DNA of 64,000 nt from Chiloscyllium plagiosum (taxonomy: Eukaryota): assembly GCF_004010195.1 (NCBI RefSeq), contig NC_057720.1:31332150-31396149 (forward strand), written 5' to 3'. Made by a program: the position numbers and the translations under genes. Numbering within the stretch: the stretch's first letter is position 1; each line of letters opens with the position of its first letter. The notes beneath the pieces were generated by a model that saw only the letters and a list, made by a program, of their open reading frames with translations, did not search any database and had not been told where the DNA came from. Shown here piece by piece: positions 24,786 through 38,647 of this stretch.

Positions 24786-25754
24786 TTCCTTAGTGCCCAA
24801 GATTTACTCATCTCGGCCTTGAATATTCCCAGATGAGCAACCTTTTTGAATCAAGAATTCCAAAGGTTCACAGAGTTCTAAGTGAATCTATTTCTCCATT
24901 TTTAGCCCTAAATGGCAGATATCTTTTCCTGAAATGGTGTCACCCTAGTGCTGGACTCTCCAATCAAAGGACGTCTCTTGACATCAAGCGCATGAAACAT
25001 ATTAAAATGAATTTTTGGCATTGTAATTAGATCACCTCGTGTTGTTTTTATTTCAGACTATGCACTTCCATTCTACTTAAGGTTGAGATGAGCCGAGCCA
25101 CAACTCCTGGAGGGCATCAATTTATTTTATAGTTCTGATTAAAGATCAGAAGGATGAATGAGAGTCCTTGATGTACCAATTACCAAGCAGATGCATTTAC
25201 TAGGCTCACAGCCGCACAACATTAAAAGTAAAGTATTGTACTCAATGATAAAGAATGCAGTCCACTGCAAGGATTGCCAAATTTAATATACAATTTGAAA
25301 TCTAAGTCGGAACATCTGGAGAAGAAGAAGATCTGCAACAAATGCTCCCCATACCATTGTCAGGATTGTGCTGTCCTTCAAAGAGAATTAGCCATTTTCT
25401 TTTCACTTTAAACTTTAGTTCACAAGAGTGAGAGCTTAGCCCAAGGCAAAAGAAGAAATGAGAGACAAGACCCTGAATCACACATAAAATCAAAAATTAC
25501 AAGCACTTTTTTTTTACTGAGTGATAAGCATTGGAACAGCTTGCCTGTAAAAACGATTCAAAACATATCAATTGACTCCATCAAAAACATAGCTCGAAAA
25601 ATATTTGCATCAGCAAAAACTAAGAGTTATAAAATAGTCAGAAGTGGTCTACTGTTCCATGTATCATGCTGGTTCCTGATCCACTGGTGCTATGTCAAGT
25701 TCATGCTTCCAAGGTCAACCTGTGGAAAACAGTAATACATTATCTAAGCTTAGG

Positions 25755-25995
25755 TGATGTTCTGAGTCAGAAATTTGTTTATGCAGTAAGTGGTTAGGAT
25801 TTGGAATGCACTGTCTGAGTGTGTGTTGGTGGCTGTTTTAATCATGGCTTTCAAAGGGAATTGGATAATCATCTGTGGAGAAAACATTGCAGGGCTATGG
25901 GAAAGGAGGGGGTGTGTGGATCTTGCTGAGTTGTTCTTGCAAACAACTGACAAGGATACAACAGGCCTATTGGCCTCCTGTTATACTGTAACCAC
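25755..25995 (+). mobile_element. Old CR1 3' end
   Basis: gtggttaggatttggaatgcactg...ggcctattggcctcctgttatactgtaac. Confidence 0.65.
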
Positions 25996-26120
25996 CCCAT
26001 GGCTCCAGGAAATCAGATTGAGAAATTAACACATGTTTATGTCTGAGGAGTGCATCAGTAAGAGGAAATCCAGATAGCTGTCTCTATGACTGCTTTCTCT
26101 TCCCCCAGGACACTGAATGA

Positions 26121-26429
26121 AGATTAGAATCCCTGCAGAATGGAAACAGGCCCTTCAGCTCAACAAGTCCATACCAACCCTCTAAAGAGTAACCAACCCT
26201 GACCCATTATCCTACCCCTGACTAATGCACCTAACACTATGGGCAATTTAGCATGGCCAACTCACCTGACCTGCACACCTTTGGATTGTGGGAGGAAACT
26301 GGAGAAAACCCACACAACCAAGGGGAGAATGTGCAAACTCCCCACAAACAGTCATCCGAGGCAGGAATTGAACCTGGGTCCTTGGTGCTGAGCGGCAGCA
26401 GCGCTAACCACTGAGCCACCATGCTGCCC
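26121..26429 (-). mobile_element. HE1/V-SINE-type tRNA-derived SINE
   Basis: Minus strand gggcagcatggtggctcagtggttagc (A box), ggttcaattcc (B box), central gagtttgcacattctccc domain and CR1-like tail. Confidence 0.9.
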
Positions 26430-28019
26430 AAAATTTCCCCATTTTCCTCCAGTTTCTAACCAACCTCCCTTTATAGCCTTTCCAAATTCATTTTGTTGAA
26501 GTGGCTCACCTCCAGCTCTTTTAAGTCTCTTCCTACTAAGTTGCTGGCCATCCAACATCCCTTCTGAGCTCCAATGCTCACTATATTGTCAACAGTTCTC
26601 TCTCTTCAGATATTACACCCTTCCTAAGCACTGCTGAGCAACAACCTGCAATATCCCACAAATGGCAAGCACAAGTTGGCTCTAAGTTATTGTCTATGCA
26701 AAAAAAATTATAAAAGGTCACAAACACTTAAATTAATATGTTGTAAACAATAAAAAGAATTAGATGAGACGGAGGTCATCAACTTGTCCTCAAAAACAAT
26801 CACACACCCCCGAGAACTCTTGAAAACTTACCTTCAACCTCTTTTTCAGTCTTTAAATGCAATAGCACCTAGCTCCCAAATCCAGACCTATCAACTTCCC
26901 CAAACTGCAGGCATAAATCTCCCAAAGTACTAAAACTGCCTTTTTATCAAAGTGAGAGATAACATGCTGTTTTACTGTATCTGCACTATACGTCTGGATT
27001 TTGTGCCCTCAGGCTGCCACCAAAGTTTACTGGTTACACACAAATACAAACAGGAAATTAGTGATACATCATCAATAACATCAGCTAATAGTACCCAGTC
27101 TTACTGCACACAGTATGCTGCTGTTACAACGTGACCTCCACAGAAATTTCAAAACCTTGAATTCCTCAGGTTAGGAGATGAATGTTTCGAGATTATTTCT
27201 CCTGGTCTCTATGCTTGAAGTGCCATTGTAGTCAATTTTATGCAAAAATAGCAATATAGATCATAAGATGCTGTATTAAAACTAATTGAGCACTGGAAAC
27301 TGCCAAAAACATCAACCATCCAGATCCTGTTAAACAAAAAGAAGGCAGCAGGCAAAACAGTGGCATTAACAAGGTGGTAGATCTACTTTCTGGAGGTATT
27401 TGGAGGCTGTTACCTCACCACCACACCCCCATGCAATTAGTACAAACTTAAAAATGTCTAAGTTACATTTTCCACTCTTTCGATGTTTCCATTTCAGATA
27501 TATCATTGCCAGATTCTTAGCCAATAGCTCCATGGTAATCACAGATTTAGGACAGCTATTTTTCATCCTGTGCCTCATATGGCACTGGTTAGTACTGTAT
27601 GTAGAAATATCAAACCTGTTCATGGATGGATAAATTATTTATGAGAATATGAATGTATAAATCAAAACGAGCGACAGTAAATTGAGTATCAAGCCAGTAT
27701 TTATTTATCATAAGTATCTGACATGCTCTGAAACATGATCCCTTTTAAAATAAAAAGTACACAATTAGCATTCCACATGCATGCAAATCTACTTAAACTA
27801 CAGTTGTACACACAGCTCCCAAGTATTAACTTGCTCATTAGATTGTTACATGCTTGATTCTCACCTTTATTGCCAATACTAACTCTGCAATATTTATGAG
27901 ATCAGTCTGACCTCCCACAAAAGGCTGAATGGAAATTTGCACCAGGGAATGTGGTACTACTACTTCTGCCATTTGGCTGAGTTTGTACAGCTGTCACCAC
28001 TCAGTAGCGGGAGAAGAGT

Positions 28020-28573
28020 ACAAGTGAACACACGGCTAAAGAACTGCTGTAGGAACGAGGGCTTCAGATATTCCAGGGAATGTGGGACCTGTACATGAAG
28101 GAAGGATTGCACCCAAACTAGAAGGGCACCAATATCATAGCAGGGAGGTTCATTGTGCTACTCGAGAGGGTTTAAACTGGTGCAGCAGGATGGTGGGAAC
28201 CGGAGCAGCAGGTCAGCAACCTATAGAGGCTGGAGACGAACTTGAGACTCAGGCAAATATTTTAATAGCAAGTTTCCTAATAAGACCAATGCCCTGGTGG
28301 AAAGTAAATGTAATTTCAGCTCACCACCATCTTTAAGGGCATCTAGGGATGGGCAATCAATGCTGGTCCAGTCAGTGATGCCAATTTCCCATGAATGAAT
28401 AAATAGAATCTCCAAAACATAGATATTTGGATAAGAACATGAATAGAAAAGGTTTGGAGGGATATGGGCCAGGAGCAGGCAGGTGGGATTAGTTTAGTTT
28501 GGGATTATGTTCAGCATGGACTGGTAGGACCGAAGGATCTGTTTCTGTGCAGTGTGACTCTATAACTCTATGA
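28020..28573 (+). mobile_element. CR1 relics: ORF1 esterase C-terminal piece (28020-28210), LINE tail (28315-28405), CR1 3' end (28415-28573)
   Basis: DLYMKEGLHPN..GTNI-like segment matches the end of the esterase at 17069-17200. Confidence 0.7.
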
Positions 28574-31282
28574 CATTACTCTCAAGCTTGAGTCAGGGCA
28601 AGATGTTATTCTGTGCTCCACAGTTTGATCAGGGTTTCCAAGGTTTTGAAGTGTCACTTGTACATCAGGTGCTCACTTCAGTCCATATTCTTTTGAAGGT
28701 TGTCCACATGCTCTGAGGGTGGTTATAGTCTGGTTGTTGAGATGTTAGGGGCTGAGTGATGACAGCCTTCTCACTGCCTGCCCTTTCAAGCTGACTCTTA
28801 AATCCATAATTAATAGTATCAAAATGAAAACCAAAGCCTGTGCAACACACAGACCACGAACATTCCTCGTGGTATAAATCCATTGTGTTTGCTGACATAG
28901 CTGACTTCCAAGAAGGATATTTGAGAAAGAGTATACTTAGCCTCATGACACTTGCAGCAGGAGGGATAAAGAAATCAACCAGAGTTTTTCATCTTCCCAC
29001 AGAGCAATAAATTACCACCTTAGAATTGGAATAATACCCAAATTATATTAGCAATAAATATCTACTATTGTCACATAATTACCATGAAGTTCCTTGGCTG
29101 AGCCAGGCAGAGGATTTTCCCTCAACCTCTTTAAACTGCCATCCCCCACCCCCGCCCCATTAAGAATACAGCAAGATAATTTATCAGCAAGTACTATCAC
29201 CAATGTGAGTTTCATTATTTGACTGTTTTACTCAATATAAGCTGGATGATGGCACAGCCAGTCATTATCTTGGTGTATCTCTGAAACTGCATCATCTGTT
29301 TTAACCACAGCCTGTGGTAGTCCTTATCCATTTCGTGACAGAAGAGGTTTCTGGCCTCCTCACATCTAGCAGCAATAAAAAACACATTTCATAGCAGACT
29401 CATAAAAAGTAAAATGACTACGTGCTCTGCTTTCTGGAGGCCCTCACATGATCTTTAATGAAGAAGCTATTTAATACTATCGCCGGATTGTTACTAAGAT
29501 GTAAACTAATTTCACCTCCTTGATTGTGAAATGTTGCATGCTTAGAATAGGTCAAAAGGGTCACATCAGAAAGAGGTTTTATCAGGAAAGAAAGAAACCA
29601 TCAAGAGTGATAAACCAAAGTATTCACAGTAAAAACCACAGGAAATACTCCTCATAGATTCCTTTTAACTAGCGTCAGATGCAGTAGAGGCGGTTGCTGC
29701 AGACGCACGACAGCGAGGAGACAGCATTGATCTGTGTGGACTGTTTAACTCTCTCATTTTATACTAATTGAACCTCAAGAAAGCACAATGGGAATCTTGT
29801 GATTGCTTCCTGGTGATCCTTTGTTTATGTAGTATTACCACTGACGGTGCTCCTTCTAGCACTCATTATTCACTTACCTAAATTATCATCCTGTCCGCAT
29901 TTTCCCCAGATGCTTTACTGTTGATTTTAACTTACGAAAGACAGGCATAATTAAGTTTTCCATAAAACAATTTTCCACTGCAACCTGCTGGTAATAAACT
30001 TTACCTTCATCTGTCTTTAATTGTTCAATCACCTTAACAAGCAGAAATGACATGCACACTCATTGTCTATGTGGACATAATGAAGGTTGCAAAAATCTTG
30101 TGGAGTTTAGGTGCAGGAAAAGGGCATGCAACAGCTCCTAAATCACACCACCCAGTCATTAACAGTCAATAGTCTTCTTACAGTTTTAGAATCAGTGCAG
30201 AAGTCAAAGAAGCCAAGTTTCTTTTCATACTTCATGATTTCATGTTCTTAACCTCCTTCACACATTGTTCTGAAGAACTACAATCACATTGACCTCACCC
30301 ATCGAGACCTCCATGTTCATTCTAGCAACAACACTGATTACATTATAAATGGAACTCTATTGCTTACAATGTCTCAAACAGCAAAGTTACTATAAGATTT
30401 TCCTATCCATCACTGCCAAAGAGGAAACCAACCCATTACACTACTAAAACGAAATAATACAAAACACATGTATGCACAAGACAAATGTCATAGAGGCTAA
30501 TATTAATCAAACTTTATTTTCATGTATATAAGCAATTGCCTGCTATCCTTTTTTTAAGGCTTTTAAAAAAAACACACCTCTAAGGTGACTTGTCTTGATG
30601 GGTGTGTGAAGAATGTACATTTCCCCAAGGTAATTGCATTACCATCTCAAAATTAATACTAAAGTGGCTGATTAATATTTGGGTGGGGAGGCAGCTTGTG
30701 GTGGTGGGGTGGGGGGAGCTGGCCAAGCTGTTCAGCGGGTACTTGCAACTTAACACACTGGAGATGAGCAACAAAAGCCAACGACAGTTCTATTGACTTT
30801 AAAGCTGAAATCAAGAGTTCCTTGCCAAGGCTTTTTTTTACTAATGAAAAAGTCTATTTTCCTATAAAAATTGAATCAGTTTTAAACAGGCTTGAAGCAT
30901 GTCTGTTCCTTGTAAAAAATGGTCAGAACATGTCGATTGAATTATTTTCTGAAATCACTCCATGGTATTCATTTTCCATCAGGGTCTATCTTTAACATTT
31001 AGTCCTTCTAATTCTCTTCCATTTCTCATCTTCTTTGCTAAAAGTGCTGATTCAGTTCGAATTGGTCACCAGTTCCATTTCTGACCATTTTCATGTGCAC
31101 AACATTAAGCATCAGTGGACAATTTAATAATGCAGTATAACATAAATTAATCACTGAGCACCAGGAGAATCTTTTATTAAAAATACTTGTTCACCAATGT
31201 CCTTGATGCTTTGTTTCCTTGCCAAGGCTTTCTTTTACTAATGAAAGCGTGTAGGCAAAATATATTGAAACCCAAACATCCA

Positions 31283-32130
31283 AGAAGAAGATTGATGAGG
31301 GCAGAGCAGTAGATGTGATCTATAGGGACTTCAGTAAGGCATTTGACAAGATTCCCCATGGGAGACTGATTAGCAAGGTTAGATCTCATGGAATACAGAG
31401 AGAACTAGCCATTTGGATACAGAACTGGCTCAAAGGTAGAAGACAGAGGGTGCTGGTGGAGGGTTGTTTTTCAGACTGGAGGCCTGTGACCAATGGAGTG
31501 CCACAAGGATCGGTGCTGGGTCCTCTACTTTTTCTCATTTACATAAATGATTTGGGTCATTTTGCGGCTGTACAGGACATTGGTTAGGCCACTGTTGGAA
31601 TATTGCGTGCAATTCTAGTCTCCTTCCTATCGGAAAGATGTTGTAAAACTTGAAAGGGTTCAGAAAAGATTCATAAGGATGTTGCCAGGGTTGGAGGCTT
31701 TGAGTTATAGGGAGTGGTTGAACAGGCTGGGGCTGTTTTCCCTGGACCATCGGAGGCTGAGAGGTGACCTTATAGAGGTTTACAAAATTATGAGGGCATA
31801 GATAGGATAAATAGACAAAGTCTTTTCCCTGGTGTCGGGGAGTCCAGAACTAGAGGGCTTGGGTTTAAGGTGAGAGGGGAAAGATATAAAAGAGACCTAA
31901 GGGACAAAGTTTTCACGCAGAAGGTGGTATGGAATGAGTTGCTAGAGGATGTGGTGGAGGCTGTACAATTGCAACATTTAAGAGGCATTTGGATAGGAAG
32001 GGTTTGGAGGGAATATGGGCCGGGTGCTGGCAGTGGGACTAGTTTGGGTTGGGATATCTGGTCGACATGGACAGGTTGGACTGAAGGGACTGTTTCTATG
32101 CTGTACATCTCTATGACTCTATGACTCTAT
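31283..32130 (+). mobile_element. CR1 RT/3' fragment with an internal deletion at ~31555
   Basis: DFSKAFD and [13 protein letters not shown] motifs, then a jump to the C-terminus; (ctatgact)n tail. Confidence 0.9.
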
Positions 32131-35100
32131 AACAAGAGGGTGGGAACCAGAGCTATGCATCTGAGAGGGCGGTAGTTGTAGATGGGGCAGTGACAGGATG
32201 TAGTAAATCTATCGGGAAGGTTTTTCATGTGATGAAACAAAGGAATTGGTTAAAGTGTGTCTGCTTTAATGCAAGGGCTGTCAGAAATAAGAGTGATGAA
32301 CTTAGAGCATGGAACAGTACTTGTGACTATGATGTTGTGGCCATAACAGAGACGTGGATTTTACAGGGACAGGAATGGTTGCTAGATGTTCCATGTTTAG
32401 AACATTTAAAAAGAACAGGGAGGTGGGAAAGAGGAGGGGGTGTAGCATTGCTAATTGGAGAGTGTATCACAGCTACAGAAACAAAGGTTATTGAGGAAGG
32501 TTTGTCTACTGAGTCAGTATGAATGGAAGTTAGGAAGAGTAAAGGAACAGTCACCTCATTGGGGGTTTTCTACAGCCCCCCTAATAGCAGTAGGGAGATT
32601 GAAGAACTAATAGGCCAGCAGATTTTGGAAAAATGCAGATGTAGCAGGGTTGCTGTAATGGGTGACTTCGACTTTCCCAATATTGACTGGAACCTACTAG
32701 GTGGAGACGGTTTGGATGGAGCCGTTTTTGTCAGGTGTGTTCAAGAGGGTTTCCTTACTCAGTACGTAGACAGGCCGATGAGGGGAGAAGCCATTTTGGA
32801 TTTGGTGCTTGGCAATGAGCCAGCACAGGTGTCAGATCTCACGGTGGGAGAATACTTTGATGACAGTGACCATAACTGCCTCACATTTACCATAGCCATG
32901 GAGAGGGAAAGGAGCAGTTACCATGGCAAAGTATTTAATTGGGGAAAAGGAAATTATGACGCTATCAGACAGGAGTTGCAAAGTACAGATTGGGAGCAAT
33001 TGTTCCACAGAAAGGGCACAATAGACATGTGGAAACTGTTTAAGGAACAGTTGTTGCGAGTGATGCACAAATTTGTTCCTGGGAGACAGGCAAGAAGTGG
33101 TCAGATTAATGACCCTTGGATGACAAGAACAGAGGAGCTTCTCATCAAAAGAAAGAAGGCAGCTTACGTAAGGTGGAGTAAGCAAAGGTCTAGTACAGCT
33201 TTAGAGGATTACAGGCTTGCGAGAAAGGAGCTCAGAAATGGACTGAGGAGAGGCAGGAGGGGGCACGAAAAAGACTTGGCGAGAAGGATTGGGGGGAACT
33301 CAAAGGTATTTTACTCATATACTCTTGAGGAATAAGAGAATGATCATGGAGAAGATAGGGTCGGTCAGGGATAGAGTAGCAAACTTGTGTGTGGAGTCTG
33401 AACAGATAGGGGAAGCCCTAAATGAGTTCTTTTGCTTTGGTTTTCACTAAGGAAAGGGACCTTGTTGTGAATGAGGACTTTGAGGAGCTGGGAAACAGGC
33501 TTGAATAGATCAAGATTGATGAAGTTGATGTGCTGGAACTTTTGGAAAACCTTAAGATTGATAAGTCCCCAGGGCCAGACCAGATTTATCCCAGGATGCT
33601 CTGGGAAGCAAGAAAGGAGGTTGCTAAGCCACAGTGAAGATATTTGCCTCCTCACTCTCCGCGGGAGTCATACCGGAGAATTGGAGGGAGGCGAATGTGG
33701 TTCCTCTTTTCAAGAAGGGTAATAGGGAAATCCCTGGCAATTACAGACCAGTCAGTCTTACGTCTGTGTACAGCAAGGATTTGGAAAGAATTCTGAGGGA
33801 TAGGATTTATGACTGTTTAGAAAAGCATAGCATGCTTAAAGGCAATCAGCATGGCTTTGTGAGGGGCAGGTCATGCTCACAAATCTTATTGAGTTCTTTG
33901 AGGAGGTGACGAGTCAGATCAACTAAGGTCGAACAGTGGATGTGGTGTATATGGACTTCAGCAAGGTGTTTGGAAAGGTTCCCCATGGAAGGGTCATTCA
34001 TTAAGTCAGGAGGTATGGGATACAGGGAGATTTGGCTGTCTGGATTCAGAGTTGGTTGGCTGACAGAAGGCAGAGAATGGTTGTATATGGAGAGTATACT
34101 GCCTAGAAGTCAGTGTTGAGTGGTGTCCCGCAAGGCTCTGTTCTTTGGCCTCTGCTCTTTGTAGATTTTATAAATGACTTGGATGAGGAGGTTGAGGGGT
34201 CGGTTAGTAAATTTGCCGATGACATAAAGGTTGTAGGTACCATTGATAGTATCAAGGGTTATTGCAGGCTGCAACGCGACATTGACAGGATGCAGAGCTG
34301 GGCTGAGAAATGGCAGATGGAGTTCAACCTGGATAACTGTGAAGTGATGCATTTTGGAAGGTCGAACTTGAATGCTAAATATATGATTAAAGACAGGATT
34401 CTTGGCAGTGTGGAGGAACAGAGGGATTTTGGTGTTCGAGTACATAGATCCCTGAAAGTTGCCAACCATGTGGATAGGGCTGCTGAGAAAACATATGGTG
34501 TTTTGGCTTTCATTAACAGGAGGATCAAGTTTAAGAACTGTGAGGTTTTGCTGCAGCTCTACAAGTCCCTGGTGAGACCACACTTGGAATATTGTGTCCA
34601 GTTCTGGTCAAGAAGAGATTTTTAGCTGTGGGAGTCGGTCGATTTGTAGTAAATGTCTGTGTTGAGTTGGTTGCCCGAGATGTCTAGATTACACCTCCTC
34701 CCACCCTGCCCCCTGTAAAAACGCCAACCCATATTCCCAATTCCTCCACCTCCGCTGCATCTGCTCCCAGGAGGACCAATTCCACTGCCGAACAACTCAA
34801 ATGGCCTCCTTCTTCAAAGACCGCAATTTCCCCTCCAACGTAGTCGACGACGCTCTCCACCGCATCTCCTCCACTTCTCGCTCCTCCGCCTTTGAGCCCC
34901 GCCCCTCCAATCGCAACCAGGACAGAACCCCACTGGTCCTCACCTTCCATCCCACCAACCTCCGGATACATTGTACCACCCTCCGTCATTTCTGCCACCT
35001 CCAGACAGACCCCACCACCGGGGATATATTTCCCTCTCCGCCCCTATCAGCATTCAGGAGAGACCACTCCCTCCACAACTCCCTCATCAGGTCCACACCC

Positions 35101-36150
35101 CCCACCAACCCAACCTCCACTCCCAGCACCTTCCCCTGCAACCGCAAGNNNNNNNNNNNNNNNNNNNNNNNNNNNNNNNNNNNNNNNNNNNNNNNNNNNN
35201 NNNNNNNNNNNNNNNNNNNNNNNNNNNNNNNNNNNNNNNNNNNNNNNNNNNNNNNNNNNNNNNNNNNNNNNNNNNNNNNNNNNNNNNNNNNNNNNNNNNN
35301 NNNNNNNNNNNNNNNNNNNNNNNNNNNNNNNNNNNNNNNNNNNNNNNNNNNNNNNNNNNNNNNNNNNNNNNNNNNNNNNNNNNNNNNNNNNNNNNNCCTG
35401 ACCTCTCCGCCCCCACCCCCTCTCCGGCCTATCACCCTCACCTTAACCTCCTTCCACCTATTGTATTCCCAGTGCCCCTCCCCCAAATTCCCTCCCCCCT
35501 ACCTTTTATCTCAGCCCGCTTGGCACACCAGCCTAATTCCTAAAGAAGGGCTTATGCCTGAAATGTCGATTCTCCTGCTCCTCGGATGCTGCCTGGCCTG
35601 CTGTGTTTTTCCAGCACCACATTTTTCAACTCCAGTTCTGGTCACCCTATTATAGGAAGGAGAGTGTGCAAAGAAGGTTTACCAGGATGCTACCTGGACT
35701 GGAAGGCTTGTCTTACGAAGAGAGGTTGACTCAGCTTGGACTTTTCTCTCTGGAGAGAAGGAGGAAGAGAGGTGACCTGATCGAGGTATACAAGGTAATG
35801 GATAGAGTCAATAGTCAGAGACATTTCCCAGAGCAGGATTGACTGGCATGTGGGGTGATGGTTTTAAGGTGTTAGGAGGATGGTATTGAGGAGGTGTCAG
35901 AGGTAGATTCTTTACACGGAGAATTGTGAATGCATGGAATGTGTTGCCAAGTAGATGGTGGTGTTGGAAGCAGAGTCATTAGGGACATTTAAGTGATTGT
36001 CTTGCACATGGACAGCAATGAATTGAGGGGTGTGTAGGTTAGGTTATTTTAACTTAGATTAGGAATAATCCTCAGCACAACATCTTCGGCCAAAGGGCCT
36101 GTTCTGTGCTGTACCTTGCTATGTTCTATGTTTTATGTTTTATGTTCTAA
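32131..36150 (+). mobile_element. CR1 LINE with complete but disrupted ORF2, interrupted by Penelope
   Basis: [35 protein letters not shown] and KFADD motifs; (tatgttc/t)n tail. Confidence 0.95.
34611..35630 (+). mobile_element. Penelope-like element with 14-bp TSD and 5' inversion
   Basis: tccagttctggtca at 34597-34610 and 35631-35644; ~34623-34682 inverted relative to the copy at 54505-54580. Confidence 0.9.
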
Positions 36151-37257
36151 CACGTCTAATTAATAGGACATTCAATGAGGTATCTCATTTCAGCAATAAT
36201 ATTGCACCCATATAAACCACAATTCAAAACTACACAATGTACTGCTAAATTGCTTTGCCTTTACCTACAAATGACTAGCTAATGTGGACAGAATGGACTG
36301 GATTTTCTGCATGGGCTTCTGAAGCCCGTTGTCAGGCTCCCATAAAAGTCAGGAATCTGAGTAACTATTTCCCATGCAACACATTGTAATTTTCCATGGG
36401 GCAGTTAAAGGATAGCCAGTGGCTATGCTCACAGGAACAATGGGTGGGTTCCCAAAGCTGGAGGTCTTCCAACTTGAAAGAAATAGCAAATGGAACGTAA
36501 CTTAAAGGAGAAGATTGTTCCAACTAGAGGCCCTTCTCTCCAACTACTTTAAACTTAAACTAAAGCATAGCTTCTTCAGGTGTATTGAGAGTGGGGGCAG
36601 CCCTTCTACAGTGCACCCCATCGCAATTTGGGAAAATGACTGGCAGATTAGATAAAGGCAACTGGCACACACCAGCACTCATATTTAATGTCTATCCATC
36701 TCCATTTCTGGTCTGACAGGGCATAAAAGCAAAGCCCAATGAATCTGCCAATTGGAACTGTAGGTTCTCTCTAGAACATAGGCTTGAATTCACTCTTTGC
36801 TCAACTTTTTCAATAAATCTTTTGTATGTTGTAAATAGCTGAGCCATAGGGGCCAACCAGTTTCCAGAGAGTTTCTCACAGTTGCTAAAGCTTGCCTCCA
36901 GCAACTAATGGCACAATCTGAGTGCATAACAGGTGCACATCAAAGGTGTCAGTAAAGGACGGAAAGAAATAACATTGTATAAAAATCTCTTCTCTCTAAA
37001 TGTACTAATATAATGAGTTTGAGCAGCCTCACCCTAGTTTCTACTTGCTGCACCTAACCATTAAGTGAGTGAACCAAAGGCTTTTTCCCACACCTCTCTT
37101 TCATACGCACATTAATCTGACTTGGCTGATGGTTGTGGAGAGCATATTTTCTGCTGTTTTCTCAATTGTATTTATTGTTGACTATCTCACTGCAAGCAAC
37201 ACTTCAGAAAAGTACAATATTCCCCAGAGCAACTTTCAGATAAACTGAAGTCACAGG

Positions 37258-37510
37258 GGATGATATAGTGGTAATGTTTCGAGATTCAATACCTCAACAC
37301 CTGGGCGGGGGGATGAATGAGCCAGATTCAAGAGACATGAATTCAAATTCCATCAAGACAGCTGTGGTAGCTTAAATGCAATTGTTAATATATCTAGAAT
37401 AAAACAGTGGACTTATTAATAATAATCTTGCTAAATTGTTATACAATTCTCCTTCAGTGGAAGATATTAGCTGTCTTCATCTGGCCTGGTATGCTTCCAA
37501 ATCATACAGT
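37258..37510 (+). mobile_element. Old tRNA-derived SINE (SacSINE1-like)
   Basis: atagtggtaatgt A-box-like head, gaattcaaattcc B-box-like motif, ccttcagtggaag...ctgtcttcatctggcctgg body. Confidence 0.45.
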
Positions 37511-37582
37511 TCACCTAGAGTTTCTCAAAGTGGACTCCCTGAAACTGCTGCTTCCTGCTGCAAGCATGAGGTTATTTTAAAA

Positions 37583-38647
37583 GTTCATTCATTCATTCAC
37601 AGGATGTGGGAGTTGCTGGCTGGTCAGCACTTATTGCCCATCCCTAAATGCCATTGACAAGGTGGTGGCCAGCTGCCTTCTTCAACTGCTGCAGTCTATT
37701 TTCTCTTGGCAGACCCATCATGACACTTGAGAGGGAAGTCTAGACTTTTAACCCAGCAACAGTAAAGGAACAACAAAACATTTCCAAGTCTGGAGGAGAA
37801 CTTGCAGCTGTCAGTGAACCCATATGCCTGTGCCCTTGTCCTTTTAGACAGTGCTGGTCATAGGTTTGAAAGAGCCTTTGTGAATTTCTGCAGTGCATCT
37901 TGTGGATAGTAGCATCTGTGTGTACTGAGTATTGATGGTGGAGGGAGTGTGTGCTCATGGATGTGGTGCCAATCAACCGGGTTGATTTGCCCTAGATGGT
38001 GTTCGTTTGTGTGTTATTGGAACCACATTCATCCAGACAAGTAGGGAGTATTCCATCACACTCCTGACATATGCCTTGTAGATGGCAGACAGGCTTTGAG
38101 GAGTTAATCACTGCAAGATTGCAAGCCTCTGACCTGCACCTGAAGCCAGTGTTTATGTGACTAGTTCAGTTCAGTTTTTGGTCAATAGTAACTCCTAGGA
38201 TGTTGATAGTAGCGAATTATGTGACATAATGCCATTGAATGTCAAGGGGCAATGGTTAGATCCTTTGTTAGAGATGGCCATTGCCTGGCATTTGTATGGC
38301 ATGAATGTTACCTGCACTTTTCAGCTCAAACCTGGATATTGTCCAGATCTTGCTGCATGGGCTGCTTCAGTATCTCGGGAGTCACAATTGGTGAATATTG
38401 TGCAGTCATCAGTAAACATCCTTACTTCTAACCTCACAAGAGAGGGAAGATGAATGATGAGGGAGCTGAAGATGGTTGGGCCTCAGATGAATCCTGAGGA
38501 ACTCCTACAGAAATGTTCTGTGGCTGAAATGGCTGACATCCAACATCCAAAACCATCTTCAATGTGCAAGGTATGACTCTAACCAGTGGAGAATATCCTT
38601 CCTGATTCCTATTGATTCCAGCTTCACTAGGGATCCTTGGTGGCACA
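37583..38647 (-). mobile_element. CR1-type LINE 3' fragment ((atga)n tail)
   Basis: Minus-strand ISVGVPQDS motif; homologous to 39762-40718. Confidence 0.8.

Noticed and set aside
25255..25410. Plus-strand Cys-rich peptide KKICNKCSPYHCQDC
   Set aside because: Short, bounded by stops, with no convincing splice sites or family match
26340..26429. tRNA-like sequences here and at 12653, 55541, 60430 and 61180
   Set aside because: These are SINE heads continuing into SINE bodies, not tRNA genes
30905..31040. Minus-strand CSDHF motif suggesting a THAP domain
   Set aside because: No continuous frame and no upstream CxxxxC; the motif coincides with an inverted-repeat arm and is probably chance
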